This document shows, piece after piece, positions 35,548 through 47,951 of a stretch of DNA of 64,000 nucleotides. Origin of the DNA: Octopus sinensis (Eukaryota); contig NC_043013.1 of assembly GCF_006345805.1 (NCBI RefSeq), positions 8,122,001-8,186,000 on the forward strand, written 5' to 3'. Made by a program: the position numbers and the translations under genes. Position 1 is the stretch's first letter; the number at the start of each line of letters is the position of its first letter. The notes under the pieces were generated by a model, which made no database searches, was not told the DNA's origin, and saw only the letters and a program-made list of their open reading frames with translations.

Positions 35548-36262
35548 CGTGAAGTATATTTACCACCTAAATGTGGGACGATGCTACTGTAGTTTGTAGC
35601 CCCAGGACGACATCTCCTCCAGCTGGTTAATGATACACTGTCTGTGCCCTATCAGTATTGGCAAAGGGAAATCATTGTTCCCATCTGTAGCCTGACATGA
35701 TACACATGGACCCGGGTTTCTGGGTTTTAACCCATCATCAGCACGTGACAATCACCAGCTAAGGATGAGAAGTGATATTTCCAATGTAAATATATATGCT
35801 TTTTCCTGTGACAATAAGTTACTGATCACAAAAAAGAGAAACAAGCAATAATAAATCTCTGAACAAGATGTAAACAATAGCAGCACGACATCGTGAAGTA
35901 TATTTATTTGCCACCTAAATGTGGCTGACCCATATGGGATGATGCTACAGTAGTTTATAGAAATTGGAAATATCATTTCCCATCCTTCGCCGATAATTGT
36001 CACTCGCTGATGACAGATTACTACTCAGAAACCTGGGTCCATGGGTATCACGTCAGGCTAGAGATGGGAACGATGATTTCCCTTTGCAAATAGTGATAGG
36101 GCACAGACAGAGTGTCATTAGCCAGCTGGAGGAGATGTCTTCCCAGGGCTATAAACAACAGTAGCATCGTCCTGTATGGGTCAGCCACATTTAGGTGGCA
36201 AATGTACTTCATGATGTCATGCTGCTACTGTTTGTATCTTGCTCAGAGATTTATTATTGCTT
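35548..36262. mobile_element. direct-plus-inverted arrangement of a ~300-bp hammerhead-bearing unit (Penelope pLTR-like)
   Basis: Partial copies at 35548-35785 and 35843-35960 in one orientation; a full copy at 35963-36262 in the opposite orientation. Confidence 0.8.
35703..35747 (-). ncRNA. minimal type I hammerhead ribozyme, apparently intact
   Basis: CACGUG-CUGAUGA-UGGGU(UAAA)ACCCA-GAAA-CCCGGG-UC-CAUGUG: full core, 6-bp stem I (one G-U), 5-bp stem II, palindromic ACCCGGGU helix III, GUC site. Confidence 0.8.
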
Positions 36263-36676
36263 ATATATATATATACATACATACATACATACATACATAC
36301 ATACATACATACATACATACATACATACATACATACATACATACATACATACATACATACATACATACATGCATGCATGCATGCATGCATGTACATATCA
36401 ATTTAATATGGGCGATTCTTTCTCGTCTTGGAATTTGCGGTCAAACAGCCGGGTGGAATTGTGTGAAAAATTACACAGATGTGTAAAATAATCCAGTGTA
36501 GAATAATCTTTTTTATTTTTTTGTTGGTCAGTTATTTTTAGCGTTTCTGACAGAAAAAAGTCATTCTTAAAATGTTTTTTAATGTAAGCATGCCTAAACA
36601 AGGCGAATGCTTACACAGAGCAGGTTTTACAGCCACATGATCCAAAGCAACCGGGTAAAACCGGGCTTAGCTGCTA

Positions 36677-36710
<34 letters not shown>

Positions 36711-37149
36711 TTATACAAATATAATAAGGAAGAGAAATTGGAAGCTGAGAAAGAAGCTTTAGTGATGAGCTGAGGAAACTGTAATGAATAGTGTAGATGT
36801 GATACATATGTTTTAGGTTTACTCTTATATTTAAGAGGTGTGGTAATTTCTTTTCAGATGAGACCTCATGTTTATGAGGCTCAATATTATACTAACTGCT
36901 TTAGTGTCTACCACATACTACGTACTTGCTCTTTTCCCTCCTTCCTCTCTCTGTCTTGCCCCCCCCCCTCATATTCTATATAGCTTGATACTTCTCAGCC
37001 TCCACTTGTTGTTTACTTCCAGTTCTTATATTCCAAGTTACCAGAAATAGCAATGATTTGACACATCTTGTCCACTACGAAGTCTTACACCTTGCTTCCT
37101 ATCATATGAGATTGCATTCAAATAATTTTGTTGACTATGTCTCTAGATT

Positions 37150-37800
37150 GATGCATCAGCTTCAACATTTCACCCTCAGAAGAGAGGTTAGTGAAAGGAA
37201 CAAACCTCCTATCTTCAGTATTGTTTTCATGCCTATCCTCACCTATGGTTATCAATGTTGAGTAATGATTAAAAGAATACAATCATAGATAAAGAGTAAT
37301 GACACTCTTCAGTCATGAATGACCATGGGATTGCACCTAGAAAGTTCCCCTCTGAGGCACAAGTCCAGGCAATATTGTTTATGGAAGACCTGCAGTCACT
37401 CATGCATATCAGCCTCTGCTCTCCATGCAACTGATATTATCCAAAGGAAAGGCAAAGGTTGATAGAGCTTGGCACCAGTGACGTTGCAACTCATTTCTAC
37501 TGCTGAGTGAACTGGAGCAATGTGAAATAAAGTGTCTTGCTCCAGAGCACAACACACAGCCCAGTCCAGGAATTGAACTCACAACCTCATGATTGTGAGC
37601 CCAACTCTTATGCAATTACAAATTGGGTTCCTGCAAAGGGTCTCTGGAGTAATGTTACTTCTCCACATCAGTGGAAAGAATCAGAAGATGGATTCTTCAA
37701 TGTGACCCAACTAACAGGAGAGCTTTGGGTGGACTAAGAATGAGACGGTTAAATAATATCCCAGTTGGTCAGGCTTGATAATCCAGCTGGAAAGTGTAAT
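37150..37800 (+). mobile_element. RTE-clade (Expander/Rex3-like) LINE ORF2 3' remnant, interrupted by SINE E (37305-37612, minus)
   Basis: Translates as ...RREVSERNKPPIFSIVFMPILTYGYQC*VMIKRIQS, then GFLQRVSGV and RRWILQCDPTNRRALGGLRMRRLNNI, matching the RTE post-RT region from memory; contains stops and frameshifts. Confidence 0.7.
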
Positions 37801-38397
37801 GAGGGTTGTTTCTGACTGGACTTTAGTGGGGGGAGGTGCTTGAGGATTCTATCTCCATGACCCTTTTTTTGAATTTTGTTGACTTTAGACTCAGTTATTC
37901 TATTCTAAAGCAGAGCTAATGCTCTGCTCATTTCACTGATATTTCTCTTAAATACTTGTCTTACACAAATTCTTAACAAATACACCAAATAGAATTATCA
38001 TCTTTTTTCTTATATTCCTTCTGAACAAGATCTTATTACTTTACATTTGTGCATTAGATAAACTACATTTTCATGAGTTGCTCTGCTCTGATCAAGCAGA
38101 TTGCATCTACAGTCAAATTATCATCAGCCCTCAAACATTACAATCTTGAGCTCTAGGACTCATAGCAATGATTACCTGGTCTCCATGTTGTGGAAATGAT
38201 TGAAGTCACAACATTTTTTTCTGCATGGGATGTCAATCTGTTGCTGCATTTAGTACTGAATGAACTGGAACAACATGAAATGAAGTGTTTTGTTCATGAA
38301 CACAACACACTGCCTGATCTGGAAACCGAGACCATAGTGCCAAAATTTTAAATGGTTTTTGTTATTGTTGTTGTTATTATTATTATTATTATTATTA

Positions 38398-38436
<39 letters not shown>

Positions 38437-38440
<4 letters not shown>

Positions 38441-38812
38441 CCTGCATTAGTGAAGGCAGGGATATTGTTTTCAGTTGTATTTGTTTGTTTGTCCATGGAC
38501 AAGATATCTCAATAACCACTGGATGGATTTGGATGAAACTTTCAGGGATGTTTGGTCTGATGACTAGCATGAACTGATTAGATCTGGGATTGATCCAGTA
38601 CCGAACAAGGATTCTGGATTACTTTTCTCTTTTTTTTTTTTTTTTTTTTTTTACTTAATTTTTGAGAGTGATCAGGTTCATTTTTAGTATTCTTATTTGC
38701 AAGAGTAGTTGAGTTTATTTCAGATATTCTCATTTCAAAAATCATCTCTGGCTAATCATTAAGAGGACATTGGTGTTGCCTTGGTGAAGGTTTGTGCTCT
38801 CTGAGTGCTCCT
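38437..38812 (+). mobile_element. Helentron-associated (HINE/DINE-like) non-autonomous element
   Basis: 5' hairpin CCCTGC...GCAGGG, GTTT microsatellite, GGATGGATTTGGATGAAACTTTCAGG and 3' CCTTGGTGAAGGTTTGTGCTCTCTGAGTGC resemble this class from memory. Confidence 0.55.
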
Positions 38813-38857
38813 GATATTCTTCTTCTTCTTCTTATTATTATTATTATTTTGTTGTTG

Positions 38858-38901
<44 letters not shown>

Positions 38902-39424
38902 TATTATTATTATTATTAAAAATCCATTGGATGTTATTAGGGCATTAGTAAATTCTTTTCAGGTCAAGTTCCATGGCTTTTTTTCTTAATTCCCAGTTTG
39001 AGTTATTTCTCTTTCTATAAACCATTAATTCTTTTCGAAAACTATAAATGTCACAAGTTCCATTTTTTTTTTCTCTTCCTCCTCTTTTTCGTAAGAATCT
39101 GAATATTTCGGCATATGCAAGAGCTAACAATTATTGTAATTTAGGGCAAAGAGAGAACGTAAGATGTTTAGAGACTAACTGCTGTCTTGACTAACAAGAT
39201 ATTATCTTTCTATATGAAAGGTGAGCTGTTGGGTGCATAAATCAATTGTCATGCTGTATGGCAGTTAAATACACAATGCTAATGAATTCAGATGATGAGC
39301 AGCAACTGGAAATATAAAAGTTAGCAGTAGGAGCTGTTTGTTATTGCACTGAGAAGTTTTAATGATGGATTGAGTGGTGAAATGAAAGAGTTATAAAAGT
39401 ATTGGTTAAAGCATATGAGTGTGT

Positions 39425-39475
<51 letters not shown>

Positions 39476-39649
39476 TGGGACTTTTACACACATAAAATGT
39501 ATGATGAGACTGAATGAGGCAAACTGGGTTGGAGAAGGGAGATAAGCTGGTTCAACGGATTTGATTGGGCAGTTCGTATGAGAGTAGATAAACCACTTAG
39601 TGATGACTGGAAAACTGAATGGAAGAAGCTAGAGAGACAGAAAGGGAGA

Positions 39650-40320
<671 letters not shown>

Positions 40321-42185
40321 TGGCTTGAGAAAGAGAGAGAGTGTGTGTGAGAGAGAGAAAGAGAGAGAGAGAGGAGATAACACATGGCTTTATGAACTGG
40401 CTACAGAATGACCAACCCAACAGCTTGCTAAGTTATGTGCGTGGGATGCAAGTGAGTGATGTAGGTCCATGATTGCTGCTGCCTGTAGGCATGGCGTATC
40501 AAGAAGAAGATAAAACAAAACTTAAATTGTGTCTTGACAGATGTAATAATAATGATGATGTCCAGCAGAGGAAGATGGAGAGAGAGAGAGTTGGCTAGAA
40601 ATTAAGCTAATCTATTGACAGGTTCAAACTGTGCTGGAGACATAAATCAGTTTAAAAAAGAAAAATGTGATTTTGTTAGGAAGGAAATAAGAGAGAACGG
40701 GGACTAAATACTTTAGAACATTGTGTCTTTTACTTGTTTCGGTCATTTGTCTGTGGCCTTGCTGGAGCACCACTTTGAATGATTAAATTGTACTTTTATC
40801 TCTTTTCTAAGCCTGGTACTTTAACGGACACTTTTTGCTGAACTACTAAGTTATGAGGACATAAATAAACCAGCACTGGTTATCAAGTGGTGTTGAGTGA
40901 CAAACACAAAGATACACACACACACACACACAAAGAGACACACACAGGCACACACAAAGAGACACACACAGGCACACACACGCAGCAGGTTTCTTTTGGT
41001 TTCTGTCAACCAAATTCACTCACAAGGCTTTGGTCGGTCCTGGGGCTACAGGTATAGAATATGACACTTGCCCAAGGTACTAAGCTGTGGGATTAAACCC
41101 AAAACTCTGTGGCTGCAAAGCAAACTTCTTACCAAATACGCTTCTGTTAGCGTTACAAACTCCCAAGTTCAAAGTACACTTGTGTCGATCAAGATCGTTC
41201 ATTGGTCTCAAATCAAAATAATACCAGTAATATACTGTAATCAATTAAATTTATTTTAACTATTGCATACTCTGTAAAATTGTGGACATGTACCATCAAA
41301 GACATTATTGGTAAAGAATGGTAAAGCACTGAGCTAGATGCTTCCTTTCTTCTATAAAGTTTGATGGATCAATTGTTCTAATTTCAAATTCCGTTGGAAT
41401 TGGTGTAATGGTTATTCACTCTTTTATTGGTTTGTTCTGGTAGAAGGGTTTGTGTGTCTATGTCCCTTGCAGACTTTCTGAGACTAGCGAGCAGATAAGA
41501 TCCTCCTCTTCTTTCTCCTCCTCTGTCTACTTTTCCTACACTTCTCCTGCCTCTGTCTCTTCCTCTCCCCCCCCTCCTCTTTTTTTTTGGTCTGCTTTCC
41601 TATGCTTCCATGGTTGGATAGAATTTGTTGAGGCAAATTCTTTCTTAAGTTCTGATGCCTTTCCTGTTGCCAACCCTAAACTTGATTCCAAGTGAGCCAA
41701 TATTTCCCTGTGACTTGACATGCTTTTTATGGAAGATTGGGGAAAATGAATGGCTTTGCTTGGTGACATTTGATCACAACTATCATACAATGTCAAGATG
41801 GGGTGACACACACACACGCACACACACACGCACACACACACATTCACACACACATTCACACACACACATGCACATGTGTTGTGCTGGAGTCACATAAAAA
41901 GCACCCAGTACACTTTGTAAAGTGGTTGTTGCTAGGAAGGACATCTAGCTGTGGCAACCATTCCAGAACAGACAGCAGTGTTTGAAGAAGCTCTCTGGCT
42001 TACCAGCTCCTATCAAACTGTCCATCCCATGCCAGCCTGGAAGACAGACGTTGAAAATAACAATAATAAGAAGATTGCATTGTTTATACCATTTATTCTT
42101 TTGAATAGTATCAGTGGAATTTTCGAAACATGTGTCGAAAGTAAAAATATTTGTTTACACCTGCGTTAAACTCCATTTTTTATTC

Positions 42186-42288
<103 letters not shown>

Positions 42289-42430
42289 TTTAATAAAGTG
42301 TATGGACACTTGTACATCCACAAAATTTATTTTATAATCTTATGCAACATGGCTTTACAACCTGGCTACAGAATGACCGACCTAGCCAAAACAATATTCT
42401 AAAGTGTATGTCTGTGTGTGTGTATATATA

Positions 42431-42917
42431 TCATCATCATCATTTAACGTCCGCTTTCCATGCTAGCATGGGTTGGACGGTTCAACTGGTGTCTGGGGAG
42501 CCCGAAGGCTGCACCAGGCCAGTCAGATCTGGCAGTGTTTCTACAGCTGGATGCCCTTCCTAACGCCAACCACTCCGAGAGTGTAGTGGGTGATTTTATG
42601 TGCCACCGACACAGGTGCCAGACGAGGCTGGCGAACGGCCACGCTCGGATGGTGTTTTTATGTGCCACCGACACAGGTGCCAGACAAGGCTAGCAGACGA
42701 CCACGCTCGGATGGTGTTTTTTATGTGCCACCGACACAGGTGCCAGACGAGGCTGGCGAACGGCCACGCTCGGATGGTGTTTTTATGTGCCACCGACACA
42801 GGTGCCAGACAAGGCTAGCAGACGACCACGCTCGGATGGTGTTTTTTATGTGCCACCGACACAGGTGCCAGACGAGGCTGGCGAACGGCCACGCTCGGAT
42901 GGTATTTTTATGTGCCA
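42431..42917 (-). mobile_element. family D element with higher-order minisatellite 5' end
   Basis: D body 42431-42597, then five units 62/63/62/63/62 bp starting at 42598, 42660, 42723, 42785 and 42848. Confidence 0.9.
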
Positions 42918-43360
42918 GAAATTCCAACTTTGTTTGATTTTCACAAGATAAAATAATATAATATGATGAAATGATAAAATATTATATGTCCATTCTGACT
43001 GAACTAGTACTTTCATGCATTAAACTATGCAATCTTTAGGTTCATATAGTAGTGGTGACAGTTATGTTTTGCAATTTATAACTGTTATATATAGATGTGC
43101 CATTTGTTTGTATAAAATAATTAAATTGAATTGAATTTATCATTTAAGGATTAAATTATATTATTGTTCAATTTATTGTTTTGGTTTCTATTTCTTATTT
43201 ATATATATATATTGATAAACTGTATGTTTATTTTATTTATTTACCTATTTGTTAAGAACTTTACTTCATAGCATTGTTATTGATATAGGTAATAAAAACC
43301 AGTAAATTTTTCGAATATCTAATATCCTTAAGGTGGTTATTTAGCACCTAGCTAAATTGT

Positions 43361-43398
<38 letters not shown>

Positions 43399-43406
43399 TA
43401 TATATA

Positions 43407-43696
43407 AAAGCCTTGTGAGTGGATTTGGTAGACAGAAACTGAAAGAAGCCCCTCATATATATATGTATATATATATGTATGAGTGTGTATATGTTTGTGT
43501 GTCTGTGTTTGTTACCCCAACATCGCTTGACAACCGATGGTGGTGTGTTTATGTCTCCGTAACTTAGCGGTTCGGCAAAAGAGACTGATAGAATAAGTAC
43601 CAGGCTTCCAAAGAAAAAGTCCTGGGGGGTCGATTTGTTCGACTAAAGGCAGTGCTCCAGTATGGCCGCAGTCAAATGACTGAAAGAAATAAAAGA
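43407..43696 (+). mobile_element. SINE family A, 5'-truncated
   Basis: Starts at AAAGCCTTGTGAGTGG; the tail is intact. Confidence 0.85.
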
Positions 43697-44050
43697 TTAA
43701 ATATATATATACACACATATACACAGGCAGTATTGTAAGATATTCACAAGTCACTAGAGCACTGGGTCTCAATCAGGGCCCATATGTGTTTTTGTTGTTA
43801 AAATATACGTGCAATAAATTGACTATATTTCTACAGCACACAAAATCATCATCATCATCATCATCATTTAGCGTCCGTTTTCCATGCTAGCATGGGTTGG
43901 ACGGTTCTACTGGGGTCTGTGAAGCCAGAAGGCTTCATCAGGCCCAGTCAAATCTGGCAGTGTTTCTATGGCTGGATGCCCTTCCTAACGCCTTGTTATA
44001 TTTAAAATTATATTTAAAATATCTTAACAATTTTTAAATACAGTTCTTAA

Positions 44051-44588
44051 CCCCTTTGATACCGACCCGGTTGAAACCGCCTCTGGCTCTGTAGTATAAA
44101 TGTCTTGTTTTCATAAGTTCTGAATAAAAATCTTCCACCAACCTTAGTCACAATTTATGTCCCTAACACTAGCTTAATAATAACCAAGTTATTTTACTAA
44201 ATTCTTTGTTATCATCATCATCATCATCATCATCATTTAGCGTCCGTTTTCCATGCCAGCATGGGTTGGACGGTTCAACTGGGGTCTGTGAAGCTGGAAG
44301 GCTTCATCAGGCCCAGTCAGATCTGGCAGTGTTTCTACGGCTGGATGCCCTTCCTAACGCCAACCACTCCGTGAGTGTAGTGGGTGCTTTTTACGTGCCA
44401 CCCGCACAGGTGCCAGACAGAGCTGGCAAACGGCCAGGAATGGATGGTGCTTTTACGTGTCACCGGCACGGGGGCCAGGCGAGGCTGGCAACGGACACGA
44501 ACGGATGGTGCTTTCACCAATTTTGTTATATTTAAAATTAATTGAAAGAAACACAGAGCATCTCAACAGAAATACTGTAACAAAAGGG
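44051..44588. mobile_element. piggyBac-type MITE containing a family D insertion (~44213-44521, minus)
   Basis: TTAA at 44047-44050 and 44589-44592; CCC...GGG termini. D is flanked by TTTGTTAT at 44205-44212 and 44522-44529. Confidence 0.8.
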
Positions 44589-46398
44589 TTAATAACATTT
44601 AATTCTAAAAATATGAAAGGATATTTTTAATCATCAAATGGCTATGAGGGTGCACCAAAGAAAATCAGAATCAAAGGAGTCTATAGACAAAAAATGGTTG
44701 AAAACCACTGCACTACACTTGTAAGGACCTTAGACAGAGCCTGGCTAATGGTTGGCTTTAAGGGGCTTGAAATATACCCTGGTGACACTTCTAGTACTCT
44801 TTTGTGACTTATCAGTCAGGAAAATTGATTTCATGATTAGTTCATTTTATTTTTGCTGCTTTCTGTATAAGCTTAACGGGGAAAGAAGTTGAGGATTATC
44901 ACTTAACACTAAACACCTAATATGTTAAACCGACTGCAGTTTAAATAGGATTAGCAGCATTGAGAGATGATGGCTGGCTGGCTGCCATATACTGCTTTAT
45001 TAAAAAAGGTTGTTTTCATATGATTTTGCTGAATGGTGACCTTTAGTGTATGGTCTCAGTAAAACTCTGACTTATGTCACACCTCTTGCATTAGTGAGTT
45101 AACACTCTTAGATTCTGTTTTTTTTTTTTTCCGTAAAGATTTGCTATTATTATTTTTAAAAAAATGAAAAGCAAAAAAGAAAAAAACAAAAAAAAAAAAT
45201 CAAACTTATAACAAAATAACAAACTATTTTTATTTATTTTATTTTCTATTTTACCTTTTATTTGTTGCAGTCATTGGACTGTGGTCTTGTTGGGGCACCA
45301 TCTTGAAGGCTTTTAGTCAAACAAGTGGAGCTTAGCACTTATTTTTCTTTTAAGTCTGATTCCTATTTTATCAGTCTCTTTTGCCGAGCTGCTAAGTTAC
45401 TAGATGTGGGGTTGGAGTGCAAACAACCCAACCACCAACTGTTAAGTAGTGGCTGGAAGTCAGATGGACATAAATACACACACACACGCACACATGCATG
45501 CACACACACACACACAACAGACTTCAAACACAGAGCTATATTAGACGATGCTCACCCGAAGTGCCGCACTGCGGGATTGAACACAAAACCACATGGTTAC
45601 GAAGCATGCTTCTAAACCACACAGACATATATTATTTTAGCTGATATTGCATTACCACCCAAATATTTTAATACTTCTAATTTTATTTCTTTTGTTTTAT
45701 AATTCTTTTTATTTATTCTTTGGAAAGAGTTGAACTTAGTCACCAAGCTTATTTTATCGGCGTGGGAACTAAGTGGGTGGAATTTCAAGACATCATAGAA
45801 TACAAACATCACTGTTAAGTCAGATACCATTATGCCATTTGCCTGTTCCTTGTTACAAAATAGGCGCTGCTTCCATCTCTGTGTTTGTGTATTACGTTTT
45901 AAGTATGGCGCCTCCATATGAAGTAACTGTTCCAGCACTTACTATTCTAGTATTTTGCTAAATTTTGTGAAAATTTCCCAAATCATCCATTCTTGCATTT
46001 ATGTAAAAATAAAAAAATGGATGTAAAACTTTTTTATATAAATTGTGTAAAATTTGTGTTGGCACAAGTGGAGCTTTGTGATTAAGAAGTTTGCTTCCAA
46101 ATTACATGGTTCCAGTTCAGTGCAATTGTGTGGTACCTTGGCCAAGTGTCTTCTACTATAGCCTCAGGATGACCAAAGCCTTGTGAGTGGATTTGTTAGA
46201 CAGAAACTGAAAGAAGCCTCTTATGTGTGTGTGTGTGTGTCTGTTTGTCTCCCCCCCACACATATATATATACACGCATGCACTTGAACACATATATGTA
46301 TGTATATATATATACACACTCACATACACATACATGTATATATATATATATATATGTATGTATATGTGTGTATGTGTTTATATATGTATACATATATG

Positions 46399-46595
46399 TT
46401 ATAATTTAGGGTATCTAAGAGATACCTCCACGCTGGAAATGGCAGCCAAAACTTGGCTCTAAAATCACGACAAAAGGACAAGTTGTCCTTTTGTCTTCTC
46501 TCCTGGTGTTGTATGAACATTTAATTTGGTTTTAGAGTCAAGTTTTGGCTGCTATTTCCAGCGTGGAGGTATATCTTAGATGCCCTAAATTATAA
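46399..46595. mobile_element. foldback element, 69-bp arms, with a perfect 13-bp hairpin in the spacer
   Basis: 46399-46467 versus 46527-46595 (~5 mismatches); GACAAAAGGACAA-G-TTGTCCTTTTGTC at 46469-46495. Confidence 0.85.
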
Positions 46596-46815
46596 TTTTA
46601 AGAATAATTATTACCTTTGAAGGTTTTTATTCCTATGCTGGCCACTTGATAAGATCGATAATTAAATTAACGATCTTATCCTTATTTATTTATATATATA
46701 TATATATATGTACACACATATAGATACATATGAATATGCACTGACCTTCTTTCAAGTTCCATCTACCAAATCTCTTCACAAGGCTTTAGTCAGCCCAGGG
46801 CTACATACAAAATCC

Positions 46816-47199
46816 ATGGAGGCGCAATGGCCCAGTGGTTAGGGCAGCGGACTCGCAGTCATAGGATCGCGGTTTCGATTCCCAGACCGGGCGTTGTGAA
46901 TGTTTATTGAGCAAAAACACCTAAAGCTCCACGCGGGTCCGGCAGGGGATGGTGGTGATCCCTGCTGTACTCTTTCACCACAACTTTCTCTCACTCTTAC
47001 TTCCTGTTTCTGTTGTACCTGTATTTCAAAAGGATGGCCTTGTCACTCTCTGTGTCATGCTGAATATCCCCAAGAACTACGTTAAGGGTACATGTGTCTG
47101 TGGAGTGCTCAGCCACTTACACATTAATTTCACGAGCAGGCTGTTCCATTGATTCGGATCAACCGGAATCCTTGTTGTCGTAACCGACGGAGTGCTTCC
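46816..47199 (+). mobile_element. SINE family C (tail type 1)
   Basis: 13-bp TSD ACATACAAAATCC at 46803-46815 and 47200-47212. Confidence 0.9.
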
Positions 47200-47831
47200 A
47201 CATACAAAATCCCTTTGTAATATTCCAATATTCCTTGTGTCTTGAATAATGTCTTGTATTACCTGAATGTGTTTCAAAGATTATTTGAGATCAGGCAAAT
47301 TTCATATTTAAAGTGTATTATTTCCTTATATAGAGAAACATATCAAGCAAATATTATGGATATTATTGTACAGTAATGCTCGTTTCGAAACCATTATTAT
47401 ATTGAATGTAAAGAGGCATGAAGTTGATCATACTGCTTGATTATATCTTTAGCCCCACTAAAAACACATTTGAAATCATCGTGGTTATTATATTCTACAC
47501 AGAAAAATCCATTTGATGTTTCATAATTGAAAAATTTATGATATATTTCTGTGTATGAGTTCATGTATATGTGTAAATGTGTGTGTGTGCATGTGCGTAT
47601 GTGTGCATGTGCGTATGTGTGCATGAATATATATATGTGTGTGTGTGTGTGTAGAATGTAGGTATGAATAGAATTTAAATTTGCATGAGTATTTATATCA
47701 CGTGGACAAATGATAAATTAAGCACTAAGACATTTAATATTGTTTGTTCATTACATGGTTAAAATTTTGTTATATGTGCATGCATGTATAGATATATAAG
47801 TATGTGTGCATATATATTTATATATATTGGT

Positions 47832-47888
<57 letters not shown>

Positions 47889-47951
47889 AATATTACATGA
47901 AGATTTAATGCGTGTAGCATAGCATTTAATATACATATATATATACATATA

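Noticed and set aside
42095-42145. Hammerhead-like TTGAATAG...TTTC-GAAA-CATGTGTC-GAAAG
   Set aside because: Core positions 3-9 and stem II do not fit; at most a relic.
42598-42917. CRISPR-like array
   Set aside because: Eukaryotic context; the variable parts are two alternating sequences rather than unique spacers; no cas genes.
45612-45938. 108-aa minus-strand ORF in unique sequence
   Set aside because: No recognisable motif; the 3' half runs through AT-rich low-complexity DNA.
46818-46890. tRNA gene (also other SINE heads)
   Set aside because: A/B boxes are present, but there is no complete cloverleaf or acceptor stem, and the sequence continues into a SINE body flanked by TSDs.
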